From an uncultured SAR86 cluster bacterium (GTDB lineage: Bacteria; Pseudomonadota; Gammaproteobacteria; Magnimaribacterales; AG-339-G14): 64,000 nucleotides of DNA. The DNA lies in contig CACELJ010000001.1 of assembly GCA_902560275.1 (NCBI GenBank), positions 883 to 64,882 of the forward strand. Direction: 5' to 3'. A program made the position numbers and the translations under genes. Shown here piece after piece: positions 30,675-39,408 of the stretch (position 1 is its first letter; the number at the start of each line of letters is the position of its first letter). Under the pieces are notes generated by a model. It was given only the letters and a program-made list of their open reading frames with translations, was not told the DNA's origin and made no database searches.

Positions 30675-31423
30675 TTAAAAGAATAAGAAAACTTTGTACT
30701 AAGACCTTGATCATCTTCAACGGCGTTAGTAATAGGATCTGAATCGTATGCTATATCGTATTGAAGGCTGATACTAAATTTTTCATTTACCAGAAAGTTA
30801 AATGCCATAAGAAAACTTGCTTTATAGTCACTGAAATCACTGACTCCCGGTTGATAATAAATCGTAGTGTTAAAGTTTACATTTTCAGCAACTTCAAAAT
30901 TATCATGAAAATAAGCAGAAAGCCTTGTTGTATTTGTTACAAAGTCGTCTAAATCAGTTTCTTCTTCATATATCACTCCAGCTCCAAATCTCATTTGATC
31001 ATCTATAATCATTCTAAGACCAGTCCCAAATAAATTTCTTTCTCTAAAAAGCCTAAATGGATTTTTCGCTGACTGAATAAAGAATTCTGTATTGTACTGA
31101 TTGTAAGTTTCGAAAACTGATCTTATATGAATGAGTTGAGAAATATCCGTGACGTTTTGATTTATTTTCCTTTCAGATTTTCTCAGAATCATGAAGTTTT
31201 CAACGTCATCAAGGTTATAGTCAAACCTTAAATCAAAAGAATAGAAATCTCTGTCTCTGTTACCTCTGGAAGCATTTAAAGAAAATCCAAGGCCAGCAAA
31301 AAATCCTTCCTTACCCTCATTTCTTAACTCTTCAATATTCACTATAGTCTGAGAAATAGCAAATGAGGGCAAGAGTAATGAAATAAAGAAGAATTTATTT
31401 AGTTGTTGCAACATACGCTCCAT
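30671..31423 (-). CDS. outer-membrane beta-barrel protein, DUF481/YdiY-like
   Basis: Signal peptide followed by alternating-hydrophobic strands. It resembles YdiY in LNASRGNRD and the C-terminal ISLQYDIAYDSDP...FSYSFN. Its start overlaps the upstream cyclase stop. Confidence 0.55.
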   Translation of the reverse strand: MERMLQQLNKFFFISLLLPSFAISQTIVNIEELRNEGKEGFFAGLGFSLNASRGNRDRDFYSFDLRFDYNLDDVENFMILRKSERKINQNVTDISQLIHIRSVFETYNQYNTEFFIQSAKNPFRLFRERNLFGTGLRMIIDDQMRFGAGVIYEEETDLDDFVTNTTRLSAYFHDNFEVAENVNFNTTIYYQPGVSDFSDYKASFLMAFNFLVNEKFSISLQYDIAYDSDPITNAVEDDQGLSTKFSYSFN

Positions 31424-33578
31424 TCCAATTCGGATCAGTTAAATTAAGTTTCATATCCTTAATCCTGTCTTTAAAAATAGCGTAGTATAAATCAAACTCC
31501 ACAACTTGTTCTTCCCATTTTTTAATAAAGTTTAATGCTAGATCCCATCGTTGGTTTCTATAATTCTCTAGAAATTTATTATGATCATTTTGAAATTCAA
31601 TTAATTCTTCATCATCTAATGAGAATTTATCAAAAGAAGTATAAATTTTAACTGGCTCAGTTTTCCCTTTAACTTGAATAAAGTCTAGTTCAAAAAGATT
31701 AGATTTTGACTTGAGGGTATTCACAGTTTCTTGTCCAAGAATTCTTTGAAAACCATAAGTTCCTGATTGACCTTCTAATCTTGACGCCAAATTAACTGGA
31801 TCTCCTAAGACGGTATAATCAAATCTTTTTTCTGATCCCATATTCCCAACAATACATTCACCAGTATTAATACCAATTCCGATTTTAAGTTCCATTCCTT
31901 TTTCTTTTTGGAATTCAATATTAAAGTTTTCTAACGCCTTTTCCATATCAAAAGATGCTTTTAGAGCTAAATCCGTATGATTTTCTTGATCTGTAGGTGC
32001 ATTCCAGAATGCCATGATGCAATCACCCATATATTTATCAATTGTTCCTTCATTATCCAAAATTTCATTAGACAAAACTGTAAGAAGTTTATTTATCAGT
32101 TCAGTTAATTCTTCTGGATTAGATTTGTAACTTTCTGATATAGCTGTGAACCCTCGTATGTCAGAAAAAAGAAAAGTCATAGTTTTCTTCTCTCCTCCCA
32201 ATTTAAGTGATTCACTTGATTCTGCAAGTCTCGAAACCATTTCTGGAGCAAGATATTGAGAAAAAGCTGTTCTAACTTTACTACGTTCCAACTCAGTAAA
32301 AAGAAAATTAAAAAATGTGATTATCAAGTAACTCAATAAACATATTATTAATGGAGAAATTGGATCTATTAAAAAATCTAATTGATTGAAACCATAGAAA
32401 GAACCATAGAGACTACTTAAATTTGCCACTAAGAATGTAATTAATCCCCCGATAGGTCCAAAATATTGAATGACCAAGCAAATCAAGATGGAAAAAAGTA
32501 AACCAAATAAAAATTCTGCTCCTTCCATCCAATCTGGTCTTACTAAAAAATCTCCATTTATAATTTGTTGAATGCCTTGAGCTATGATTGTTACGCCAGG
32601 TATATCTCGCTCTAAAGAGGTATTTCTTATGTCGAGCAGTCCAGACGCGCTAGTTCCTATAAGAACAATTTTTCCAGCAAAGAAATCTTTATCAAAAGAA
32701 TTATTTATGACTTTAGCCGCAGGAATGATATTCAAGTTTTCCTTATAAGTAGAATGCAACCAAAGGTAACCGTTTGAATTAGTGGGAATAATTACGTTTC
32801 CTAATTTTATGTTATTAATCCCAGTGCTCTCACCAAACGCTAACTCTCCTGATGCATTTGATGACTTGATTTGATAAGTACTTGCTCCGATAGCAACCCT
32901 AAGGGTCTCTAGCATCAACGAAGGTACTATCTGTCCATTCACTACTTCAAATGTGGGGAGGCTTCTAACAATACTTGAATCACCCCCAATACTCATAGAC
33001 CCTATGCCCGCCGCAGAATCAACTAGAGACGGTAAGTTATTTTGCATTCCTATGTAATTAGGAAGAAATTCATTTGGTGAATCACCCTGAATTATTAGAC
33101 CGTATTTAGGTTTTACTTCTAAGGTTTTTAATTTATTATTTGGTGCACTTCCTAAGACAACAGTAGAGTGTGACTCCATAGATTCAGCAAATATTTTGTC
33201 GTTTGGCTTTATCTTTTTTAACTCTTTAATTAGTTCTGTATTTGTTGAATATTGTTCAGTTAGAACATCACTTCCAGTTCTATCTCTTTCTGCAAAGACG
33301 ATATCAAATGATGTAGTTAAAGCTCGCTCTGTGTTACTCACTAATTGAGAAAGAAGATCTCTTGACCAAGGCCATTGACCTAAACTATTGAGAGACTCAT
33401 CATCAATATCAATTATTACTACTGGATCGTCCTCTAAAGGTTCTCTTGGACTTATTTGTTGTAGAGTATCAAAAGCAAATAATCTTAAATCATTAAAAAT
33501 ATTTAATGGATTTGCTAATGGAATTAGACCAATTAAAATGGCTAAAGGCAGAAGTAATTTTTTTTGAATGTTCTTCAT
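31395..33578 (-). CDS. CHASE2-domain sensor adenylate cyclase (class III)
   Basis: N-terminal TM helix, a ~330-aa periplasmic region and a TM cluster give the CHASE2 architecture. Cyclase core motifs: TFLFSDIRGFT, IDKYMGDCIMAFWNAP, IGINTGECIVGNMG, DYTVLGDPVNLASRLE. Confidence 0.85.
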   Translation of the reverse strand: MKNIQKKLLLPLAILIGLIPLANPLNIFNDLRLFAFDTLQQISPREPLEDDPVVIIDIDDESLNSLGQWPWSRDLLSQLVSNTERALTTSFDIVFAERDRTGSDVLTEQYSTNTELIKELKKIKPNDKIFAESMESHSTVVLGSAPNNKLKTLEVKPKYGLIIQGDSPNEFLPNYIGMQNNLPSLVDSAAGIGSMSIGGDSSIVRSLPTFEVVNGQIVPSLMLETLRVAIGASTYQIKSSNASGELAFGESTGINNIKLGNVIIPTNSNGYLWLHSTYKENLNIIPAAKVINNSFDKDFFAGKIVLIGTSASGLLDIRNTSLERDIPGVTIIAQGIQQIINGDFLVRPDWMEGAEFLFGLLFSILICLVIQYFGPIGGLITFLVANLSSLYGSFYGFNQLDFLIDPISPLIICLLSYLIITFFNFLFTELERSKVRTAFSQYLAPEMVSRLAESSESLKLGGEKKTMTFLFSDIRGFTAISESYKSNPEELTELINKLLTVLSNEILDNEGTIDKYMGDCIMAFWNAPTDQENHTDLALKASFDMEKALENFNIEFQKEKGMELKIGIGINTGECIVGNMGSEKRFDYTVLGDPVNLASRLEGQSGTYGFQRILGQETVNTLKSKSNLFELDFIQVKGKTEPVKIYTSFDKFSLDDEELIEFQNDHNKFLENYRNQRWDLALNFIKKWEEQVVEFDLYYAIFKDRIKDMKLNLTDPNWNGAYVATTK

Positions 33579-33615
33579 CTTTTTTTAATAAAACCTTTAT
33601 AATTGACGCCTTGTC

Positions 33616-34938
33616 ATGTTTGTCAGATATATTTTATTACTATTTATCTTCAGTTTAAGTTTCTCTGCTTTAGCGCAAAACGTACCTCCGACTATATCGG
33701 ATCCTGAACAATTAGAAACCATTAGAAAAGAAAGGCAAGCTATTTTTGATGAATTAATCGAGGATCCAACTAATCAGGGAAATTTATTCAAATACGCCAA
33801 TCTATCAATTATTTTAGGAGATTTAGAGGCAGCGATTGGGGTTTTTGAACAAATGCTTATTTACGATCCTACTTTGGCAAGAATTAGGCTAGAACTTGGA
33901 GTGCTGTACTTTAGACTAGAGGCATATGCTCCAGCAAAATTATATCTAGATAGCGTAATAGATTACGATCCTCCTGAAGAAGTGATCACAAAAGTTGAAT
34001 CTTTCTTAGCTGCCATTGAAGAGCAAGAAAAGCCTGTAACGGTTAATCAATTAATGACTTTTGGGTTTGCTAGTTCTTCTAATGCAAATGCTGGTATAGA
34101 TGCAGACATCATTGAGATAGCAGGTTTTCCTCTTGAGGTATCTCCAGATTCAAAACCACAGTCGGATTCAAAATTTTCTGTCAATTACAATTTGTCTTTA
34201 ACTCAAAATTTGAATAATCCCCGCGGTGACGCAATCAATTATTTTCTTGCAGTTGCTACCACTTATCAATCTAGGTTTACGCAATTTGATCAAAGAAGTT
34301 TCGTTTTTGGTTTAAATAGTCGTTTAGATGTAGAAGAGGGCAGATTTGGAATTTTGAAGAATCCATCCGTCACTCCAAGCTTCACAAGAATTCAAGTTTA
34401 TCTATCCGGAGAGCCTTTGCTCGAATCAAATGCTTTCAGCGTGAGTCATTCTGGATCCTTAACAAATGGTTCTGTTTTTGAATACGGTTTTAACGTAGAT
34501 AAAAGGAATTTTATAGGGTTAGATGCAAAAAGCGGTTACAGATACGGAACTTTTGTAAATAACACTTTTAATTTACCAAATAATAGCTCTAGTTGGACTA
34601 TGAATATTTTCTCTGATAAATATGAAGCCAACCAAAAATTTGAATCGTTTAGACAATGGGGTTTTGGTTTTAATTACAGAATGCCTCTTCCGGATGCATG
34701 GATTATGGCTGCTAATTATGATTTCTCTACTAAAAATTACCTTGCACCTAACGGACCACTTGGAACAAGAAAAGATATTAACGAATCATCAGATTTAACC
34801 TTTTCAAGACTTTATATAAATTGTTTATCTATGAATATTTTTATTAAACCTTTTGATAATAGAAGCAGCATTGATATTTTCTCAAGAAGTAACACCGATG
34901 TAGGTGTCAATCTTTCTTATCTTTGCTTAAATAACTAA
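33616..34938 (+). CDS. TPR-containing outer-membrane beta-barrel protein (DUF560/Slam-like?)
   Basis: Signal peptide, TPR-like helices (GDLEAAIGVFEQMLIYDP, LELGVLYFRLEAYAPAKLYL), then ~300 aa of beta-strand-like sequence rich in N/S/G/Y. Confidence 0.45.
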   Translation: MFVRYILLLFIFSLSFSALAQNVPPTISDPEQLETIRKERQAIFDELIEDPTNQGNLFKYANLSIILGDLEAAIGVFEQMLIYDPTLARIRLELGVLYFRLEAYAPAKLYLDSVIDYDPPEEVITKVESFLAAIEEQEKPVTVNQLMTFGFASSSNANAGIDADIIEIAGFPLEVSPDSKPQSDSKFSVNYNLSLTQNLNNPRGDAINYFLAVATTYQSRFTQFDQRSFVFGLNSRLDVEEGRFGILKNPSVTPSFTRIQVYLSGEPLLESNAFSVSHSGSLTNGSVFEYGFNVDKRNFIGLDAKSGYRYGTFVNNTFNLPNNSSSWTMNIFSDKYEANQKFESFRQWGFGFNYRMPLPDAWIMAANYDFSTKNYLAPNGPLGTRKDINESSDLTFSRLYINCLSMNIFIKPFDNRSSIDIFSRSNTDVGVNLSYLCLNN

Positions 34939-34970
34939 CCTTAAAATTTACTTGAGTATATAATCCGCAA

Positions 34971-35696
34971 ATGAATCAAATAGTCCAATTTTTTCTAAAA
35001 ATCAGAAATAGTCGCTTTTTTAATGGAATAGTAATTTTTGTAATAATTGGCTCTGCTATTTATGCCGGAGTCAGTTCCTACGACCTTTCGGAAGAATACG
35101 TTGGATTGCTAAATTTTCTTGATACCGCAATAACAGTTTTCTTCCTAGTAGAGATTATTATCAGAATAGTCGCAGAAAGATCACTGATAAAATTCTTTAA
35201 AGGCGGTTGGAATGTCTTCGATTTCATCATCGTTACGGTCAGTTTAATTCCAATCACCGGAGGAGAGACAGCATTCGTTGCAAGACTGCTTAGAATTGTC
35301 AGGGTATTAAGAATTATCACCGTAGTGCCTGCATTGAAGAAAATTGTCGATGCGTTGTTTGAAACGCTTCCAAGAGTTGGTTTTGTGGCTCTTCTAATGT
35401 TCATTTTCATATATATATGGGCTGCTATAGGAACTTTAGTTTTTGGAACAACAGATCCAGAACATTGGGGTAATATTGGTCTAGCTATGCTTACTCTTGC
35501 GCAAGTTGCTACATACGATGACTGGGCTGCAGTTATGAAAGATATAATTGAAGTTTTTCCTTGGGTATGGATTTACTTTATTAGTTTCATTCTTCTTAAT
35601 GCCGTAATCATGTTGAATATGGTCATTGGTATCATTGTTGATGTAATGTCTAAGAAATCTAGCAGCGGCCAATTAAGTGCAGATGAGAATCAATAA
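34971..35696 (+). CDS. voltage-gated cation channel, BacNaV (NaChBac/NavAb) family, with a T-Y-D-D-W pore filter
   Basis: 241 aa with 6 TM segments. S4 is ARLLRIVRVLRIITVVPALKKIV, with four Arg at every third position. The pore is LTLAQVATYDDWAAVM. S6 is ILLNAVIMLNMVIGIIVDVM. Confidence 0.8.
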   Translation: MNQIVQFFLKIRNSRFFNGIVIFVIIGSAIYAGVSSYDLSEEYVGLLNFLDTAITVFFLVEIIIRIVAERSLIKFFKGGWNVFDFIIVTVSLIPITGGETAFVARLLRIVRVLRIITVVPALKKIVDALFETLPRVGFVALLMFIFIYIWAAIGTLVFGTTDPEHWGNIGLAMLTLAQVATYDDWAAVMKDIIEVFPWVWIYFISFILLNAVIMLNMVIGIIVDVMSKKSSSGQLSADENQ

Positions 35697-35925
35697 TTTT
35701 CTGATCCTTTTTCTATTTTTATCTTTATCTTCATGCACCTATCAAAAGGTAGTTAAGAACTCTATGTATGATTTAAATGAATTTGATGCATGTTATTTAG
35801 ATTATAAATCTGTCTTGGACTCCGACAAACAGAAGTATCTAAATATGCTGATAGAGTTAAGAAATTATAATTGTTCTCGATACTACGAACTTTTTGTGAG
35901 AGGAACAATTATTCAGGGTAATTAA
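35677..35925 (+). CDS. small putative lipoprotein
   Basis: MQMRINNFLILFLFLSLSSC carries a lipobox LSSC. Length is 82 aa. It overlaps the channel gene's 3' end by 20 nt. Confidence 0.5.
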   Translation: MQMRINNFLILFLFLSLSSCTYQKVVKNSMYDLNEFDACYLDYKSVLDSDKQKYLNMLIELRNYNCSRYYELFVRGTIIQGN

Positions 35926-37703
35926 AACCAAAATATCAGGAGCAGCGGTGTTGAAATGGCTATTATGAGTAATTCTAACGGTAGACCTAATTTCCAGTAA
36001 TCGCCAAATTTATAATTACCTGGTCCCATTACCAAAGTGTTACATTGATGTCCGATGGGAGATAAGAAGGCACAACTTGCACCTATGGCAACACACATTA
36101 AAAATGGCTCAGAAGGATGACCTAACTGATTTGCAATTGTGACTGATATAGGTCCCATAATAACTGCAGTCGCTGCATTATTAATGACATCAGATAGACA
36201 CATTGTGGCTACCATCAAAATAACAAGGGTGCCAACTAAACCAAATTGAATAGATTGAGTAGCTATTACGGTTGCTAATATATTTGTAAGACCACTGTCA
36301 TATAGTGCATCGCCTATAGGAATCATAGCTCCAAGCAATACAATAACAGGCCATTCAATATGACGATAAAGCATATTTGGTTTTAGTAGTTTAGACGCAA
36401 CAAATGCTAAAACGCATAGTAAAAATGCTATGACGACATTTAAAAAATTTGTGATAACCAAAAGTAAACTAAAAGAAAATAACCCTAACGAAAGTAAAAC
36501 TTTAGAATCATCCTTTATTACATCTAACTCTCTTTGCCAAAGAGGCATCAAACCAAGATCTTGCATTTTATCACTGGTATCTTTTTGTTCTTCTCTAGTA
36601 GCAATCAACAACACATCTCCAGCCTTGAAATGTTCGTTTGAAAGGCTTCCTTGAAAATTTGTACCTTTTCTCCACAATCCAAGAACAGCCATCTGTCTCC
36701 CGACCATATTTGAAAAATAGCTTATAGTTCTACCTATTAATCTTGACCCTGGAGATATCATGGTTTCAATTTCACCAAAGCTTCCCGAATCAAGATCTTT
36801 AATTTCGGTTCTGAGAGAAAGACCATACTTATCTTGTAGTCCTGATACTTCCTCTGGATTTATTTTCAAAAGTAGAATTTGAGATTCTTTTAATTCCTCA
36901 AAATTACTTAAAATTTCCCTGGCATCAGATGTTTCATTTACTGAACCAATGAGTACTGTGTCAGAACCTAGTTCCTTCCTGAATTCTTGAGTTTTTTTAC
37001 CTATAAGATCGCTATCTTCATCAATCACAAGCTCAACTAAATATTCATTAATATCAACTAAAGAAGATGAATCACTATCACCAGATCTATTTTTTACAAG
37101 AATGAAGCCAAGTAATGCGATAAAAATCACGCCTCCGATACTCACAGGTAACCCTGCATAGGCAAAATCAAAAAATTCAAACCCTTGGTCGGAGTATTGG
37201 TCCCTAAATTCGGAAATAATAATATTTGGAGGCGTTCCAATTTTTGTATTCATACCCCCAAGAATTGACGCAAAGGCAAGAGGCATCAAAAATTTAGAAG
37301 GGGACCAGCCCATTTTCTGACATATTCCTAAAGTTACAGGTAATAACATAGCCATAGCACCAATGTTATTCATAAAAGAGGATAAAATGACGGCAATACC
37401 CATCAATATGACTAAGAACTGAAATTCACTATTAGCAATTTTCTGCAAAAGATTGCCAATTTTCCCTATCAGTCCTGATGCTTCTAGGCCTTTACTAATC
37501 AATAAAACAAGCGCAACTGTAATAACTGCTGGATGTCCAAACCCTACAAATGCTTCTTTAGCTGGAACAAAACCAAGAACCACTAAAACTGCAAGACTTG
37601 TCAATGCTACTGCATCATAACGAAATCTGCCCCAGATAAACATAGCAACCATAACTAAGAGTATGGCCGAAAGGATGATTTGATTAGTATCCATAAAAGA
37701 CAA
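35922..37703 (-). CDS. SLC13/DASS-family anion permease with central TrkA-C (RCK_C) domains
   Basis: 593 aa. Two hydrophobic halves flank a ~200-aa soluble insert (LVELVIDEDSDLIGK...; GEIETMISPGSRLIGRT...), typical of YbiR/YfbS-type transporters. Confidence 0.75.
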   Translation of the reverse strand: MSFMDTNQIILSAILLVMVAMFIWGRFRYDAVALTSLAVLVVLGFVPAKEAFVGFGHPAVITVALVLLISKGLEASGLIGKIGNLLQKIANSEFQFLVILMGIAVILSSFMNNIGAMAMLLPVTLGICQKMGWSPSKFLMPLAFASILGGMNTKIGTPPNIIISEFRDQYSDQGFEFFDFAYAGLPVSIGGVIFIALLGFILVKNRSGDSDSSSLVDINEYLVELVIDEDSDLIGKKTQEFRKELGSDTVLIGSVNETSDAREILSNFEELKESQILLLKINPEEVSGLQDKYGLSLRTEIKDLDSGSFGEIETMISPGSRLIGRTISYFSNMVGRQMAVLGLWRKGTNFQGSLSNEHFKAGDVLLIATREEQKDTSDKMQDLGLMPLWQRELDVIKDDSKVLLSLGLFSFSLLLVITNFLNVVIAFLLCVLAFVASKLLKPNMLYRHIEWPVIVLLGAMIPIGDALYDSGLTNILATVIATQSIQFGLVGTLVILMVATMCLSDVINNAATAVIMGPISVTIANQLGHPSEPFLMCVAIGASCAFLSPIGHQCNTLVMGPGNYKFGDYWKLGLPLELLIIAISTPLLLIFWF

Positions 37704-37921
37704 GATACTTTACATTAAGTTATTTCAATTAGCATGATAGATTTCTGCTTTTTAAAAATCTTATCAATCTTTTATAAATTAAGGCTTTTTAACCTCAAAT
37801 ATAGTAAAATTATCATTAGAAGTAAGTTTTTGTTAGTTTGACTAAGTGTCATTTTGACAATAAAATTCCTTTTTTTTCTTAATAATGAGAAAAATAAAGG
37901 AAAACTTCATGGAGTGGGTTT

Positions 37922-38398
37922 ATGAAGATAGTAAACATGAAAAAATTTAACAAAGTATTGATCCTTCCTTTGTTAGTATTTGTTCTAGCAAACTGCGCTG
38001 GAACGAATGTTACAACTTATTCATCTGCATCAATTATGCTTGATGACTTTATTGAGCAAAATGGTGGTAAAGGTGAAGTTAACGATGAAACATTGCACTA
38101 TCCTTTAGATATTCAGACTTTGTCTTGTTCAGAAATGCAAGCAAACAGGATAAGAATTTCTAATTTAATCAATAATTTATCTGAAAAAGTAGTAGAAAAC
38201 GCTAACAGAAGTACTAGTTACTCTACCTATGGATTAACAAAACATGATCCATTGATCGGAACAAGTTTTATCGGAATTAGCTCTGTAGGATTGAATCCTG
38301 AAGTTACAGAATATAGAAAACTCAAATTAGTGTTAGAAGAACTTAACACTACTTCTATCCTCAAGTGTACTCCACCTGAGGTAATGAGAACTCCGTAA
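37922..38398 (+). CDS. hypothetical lipoprotein
   Basis: Signal peptide with lipobox LANC and GGAG 7 nt upstream. I recognised no family. Confidence 0.5.
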   Translation: MKIVNMKKFNKVLILPLLVFVLANCAGTNVTTYSSASIMLDDFIEQNGGKGEVNDETLHYPLDIQTLSCSEMQANRIRISNLINNLSEKVVENANRSTSYSTYGLTKHDPLIGTSFIGISSVGLNPEVTEYRKLKLVLEELNTTSILKCTPPEVMRTP

Positions 38399-38440
38399 AT
38401 ATTTACTAATCCAAAAGACCTTATGGCTATATAATTAATT

Positions 38441-39382
38441 ATGGCCATTCGTCTTGCTTATCTATCCAGTTTCTTATTTCTTCTTTTTTATGGAATTTTT
38501 GCTTTTCTAGGTATTAGTATTTCTCTTGAGCCAGGTATGGAGGTTGGAGGAGTATCAAGGTGGTGTGAAAGAGTTAGCGATAGTATTTTCAGAGAGCCTG
38601 TTAATACACTTACTAACTTAGCCTTTATGGTAACTGGCTTAATAATGTTTCATGTACTTAATCGAGACAAAGCAAATGTAAATACTTTCCATACCCTGAC
38701 TCCAATAGCAATTTTATACGCATCTGCAGCCATTTTTTTAGGACCAGGATCTTTTTTAATGCATGGTACTCACACAGAATGGGGCGGTTGGGCAGATAAC
38801 TTAAGTATGGTTATGTATATTGTTATCCCTTGGTTATATAACTTCAAAGTTATGGCCAAGTGGAGTATCAGCACCTTTTTTAAAGTTTATTTCAGCATTA
38901 TTGTTGCCTATGGATTAGGACGCTGGTTTTTAGGAGACGGAATGGGCATTGGCTTTAGCGTTTATGGTGTCTCTATAGGTGTATGGATAGTATCTGAATT
39001 CCTTTTTAAATATTGGAGCCAAAGAATGAGATTTTTATCTGGTTTTATTGGTTTTCTTGTTGCTGCAATATTTGGGATCTATCCACAAGAAATATTTAAT
39101 AATCTTGATCAATATTGGTGGATCATATTTTTCTGGCTTCCTGGGATTGTTTGCAATAAAAAACCTGATTACGAACGAAAGCATTTCCCTTGGTTTTTTG
39201 TTGGAATGTTTTTATACATTTCAGCTTTTGTAATTTGGTTGCAAGGTTACCCAAATCAACCATTGTGTAATCCAGATTCATTAATCCAACCCCATGGTAT
39301 TTGGCACATTTTGTGTTCATTAGCGACTCTAAGTTTTTTTGTATTTTTAAGAACCGAGCAGACAAAAAAAAGAGAGGCTTAG
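38441..39382 (+). CDS. 7-TM alkaline-ceramidase-like hydrolase (CREST superfamily)
   Basis: WCE...REPVNTLTNLAFMVTG matches the ceramidase N-motif. It also has SFLMH (S-x-x-x-H), ADNLS, and HGIWH (H-x-x-x-H). Confidence 0.6.
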   Translation: MAIRLAYLSSFLFLLFYGIFAFLGISISLEPGMEVGGVSRWCERVSDSIFREPVNTLTNLAFMVTGLIMFHVLNRDKANVNTFHTLTPIAILYASAAIFLGPGSFLMHGTHTEWGGWADNLSMVMYIVIPWLYNFKVMAKWSISTFFKVYFSIIVAYGLGRWFLGDGMGIGFSVYGVSIGVWIVSEFLFKYWSQRMRFLSGFIGFLVAAIFGIYPQEIFNNLDQYWWIIFFWLPGIVCNKKPDYERKHFPWFFVGMFLYISAFVIWLQGYPNQPLCNPDSLIQPHGIWHILCSLATLSFFVFLRTEQTKKREA

Positions 39383-39397
39383 CCTCTCTTTTTTTTT
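39363..39397. terminator. bidirectional rho-independent terminator between convergent genes
   Basis: An A run, then AGAGAGG (39371-39377), CTTAG loop, CCTCTCT (39383-39389), then a T run. It overlaps the stop of 38441..39382. Confidence 0.8.
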
Positions 39398-39408
39398 AAA
39401 GATTTATA

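Noticed and set aside
35078-35410. 110-aa minus-strand ORF (also 35481-35672) within the voltage-gated channel gene.
   Set aside because: The plus-strand frame encodes canonical S1-S6, S4 arginines and the pore, so the antisense ORFs are shadows.
37885-37950. Mini-ORF MRKIKENFMEWVYEDSKHEKI upstream of and overlapping the lipoprotein start.
   Set aside because: It has no ribosome-binding site, no hydrophobic or conserved character, and overlaps a better-supported start (GGAG plus the ATG at 37922).
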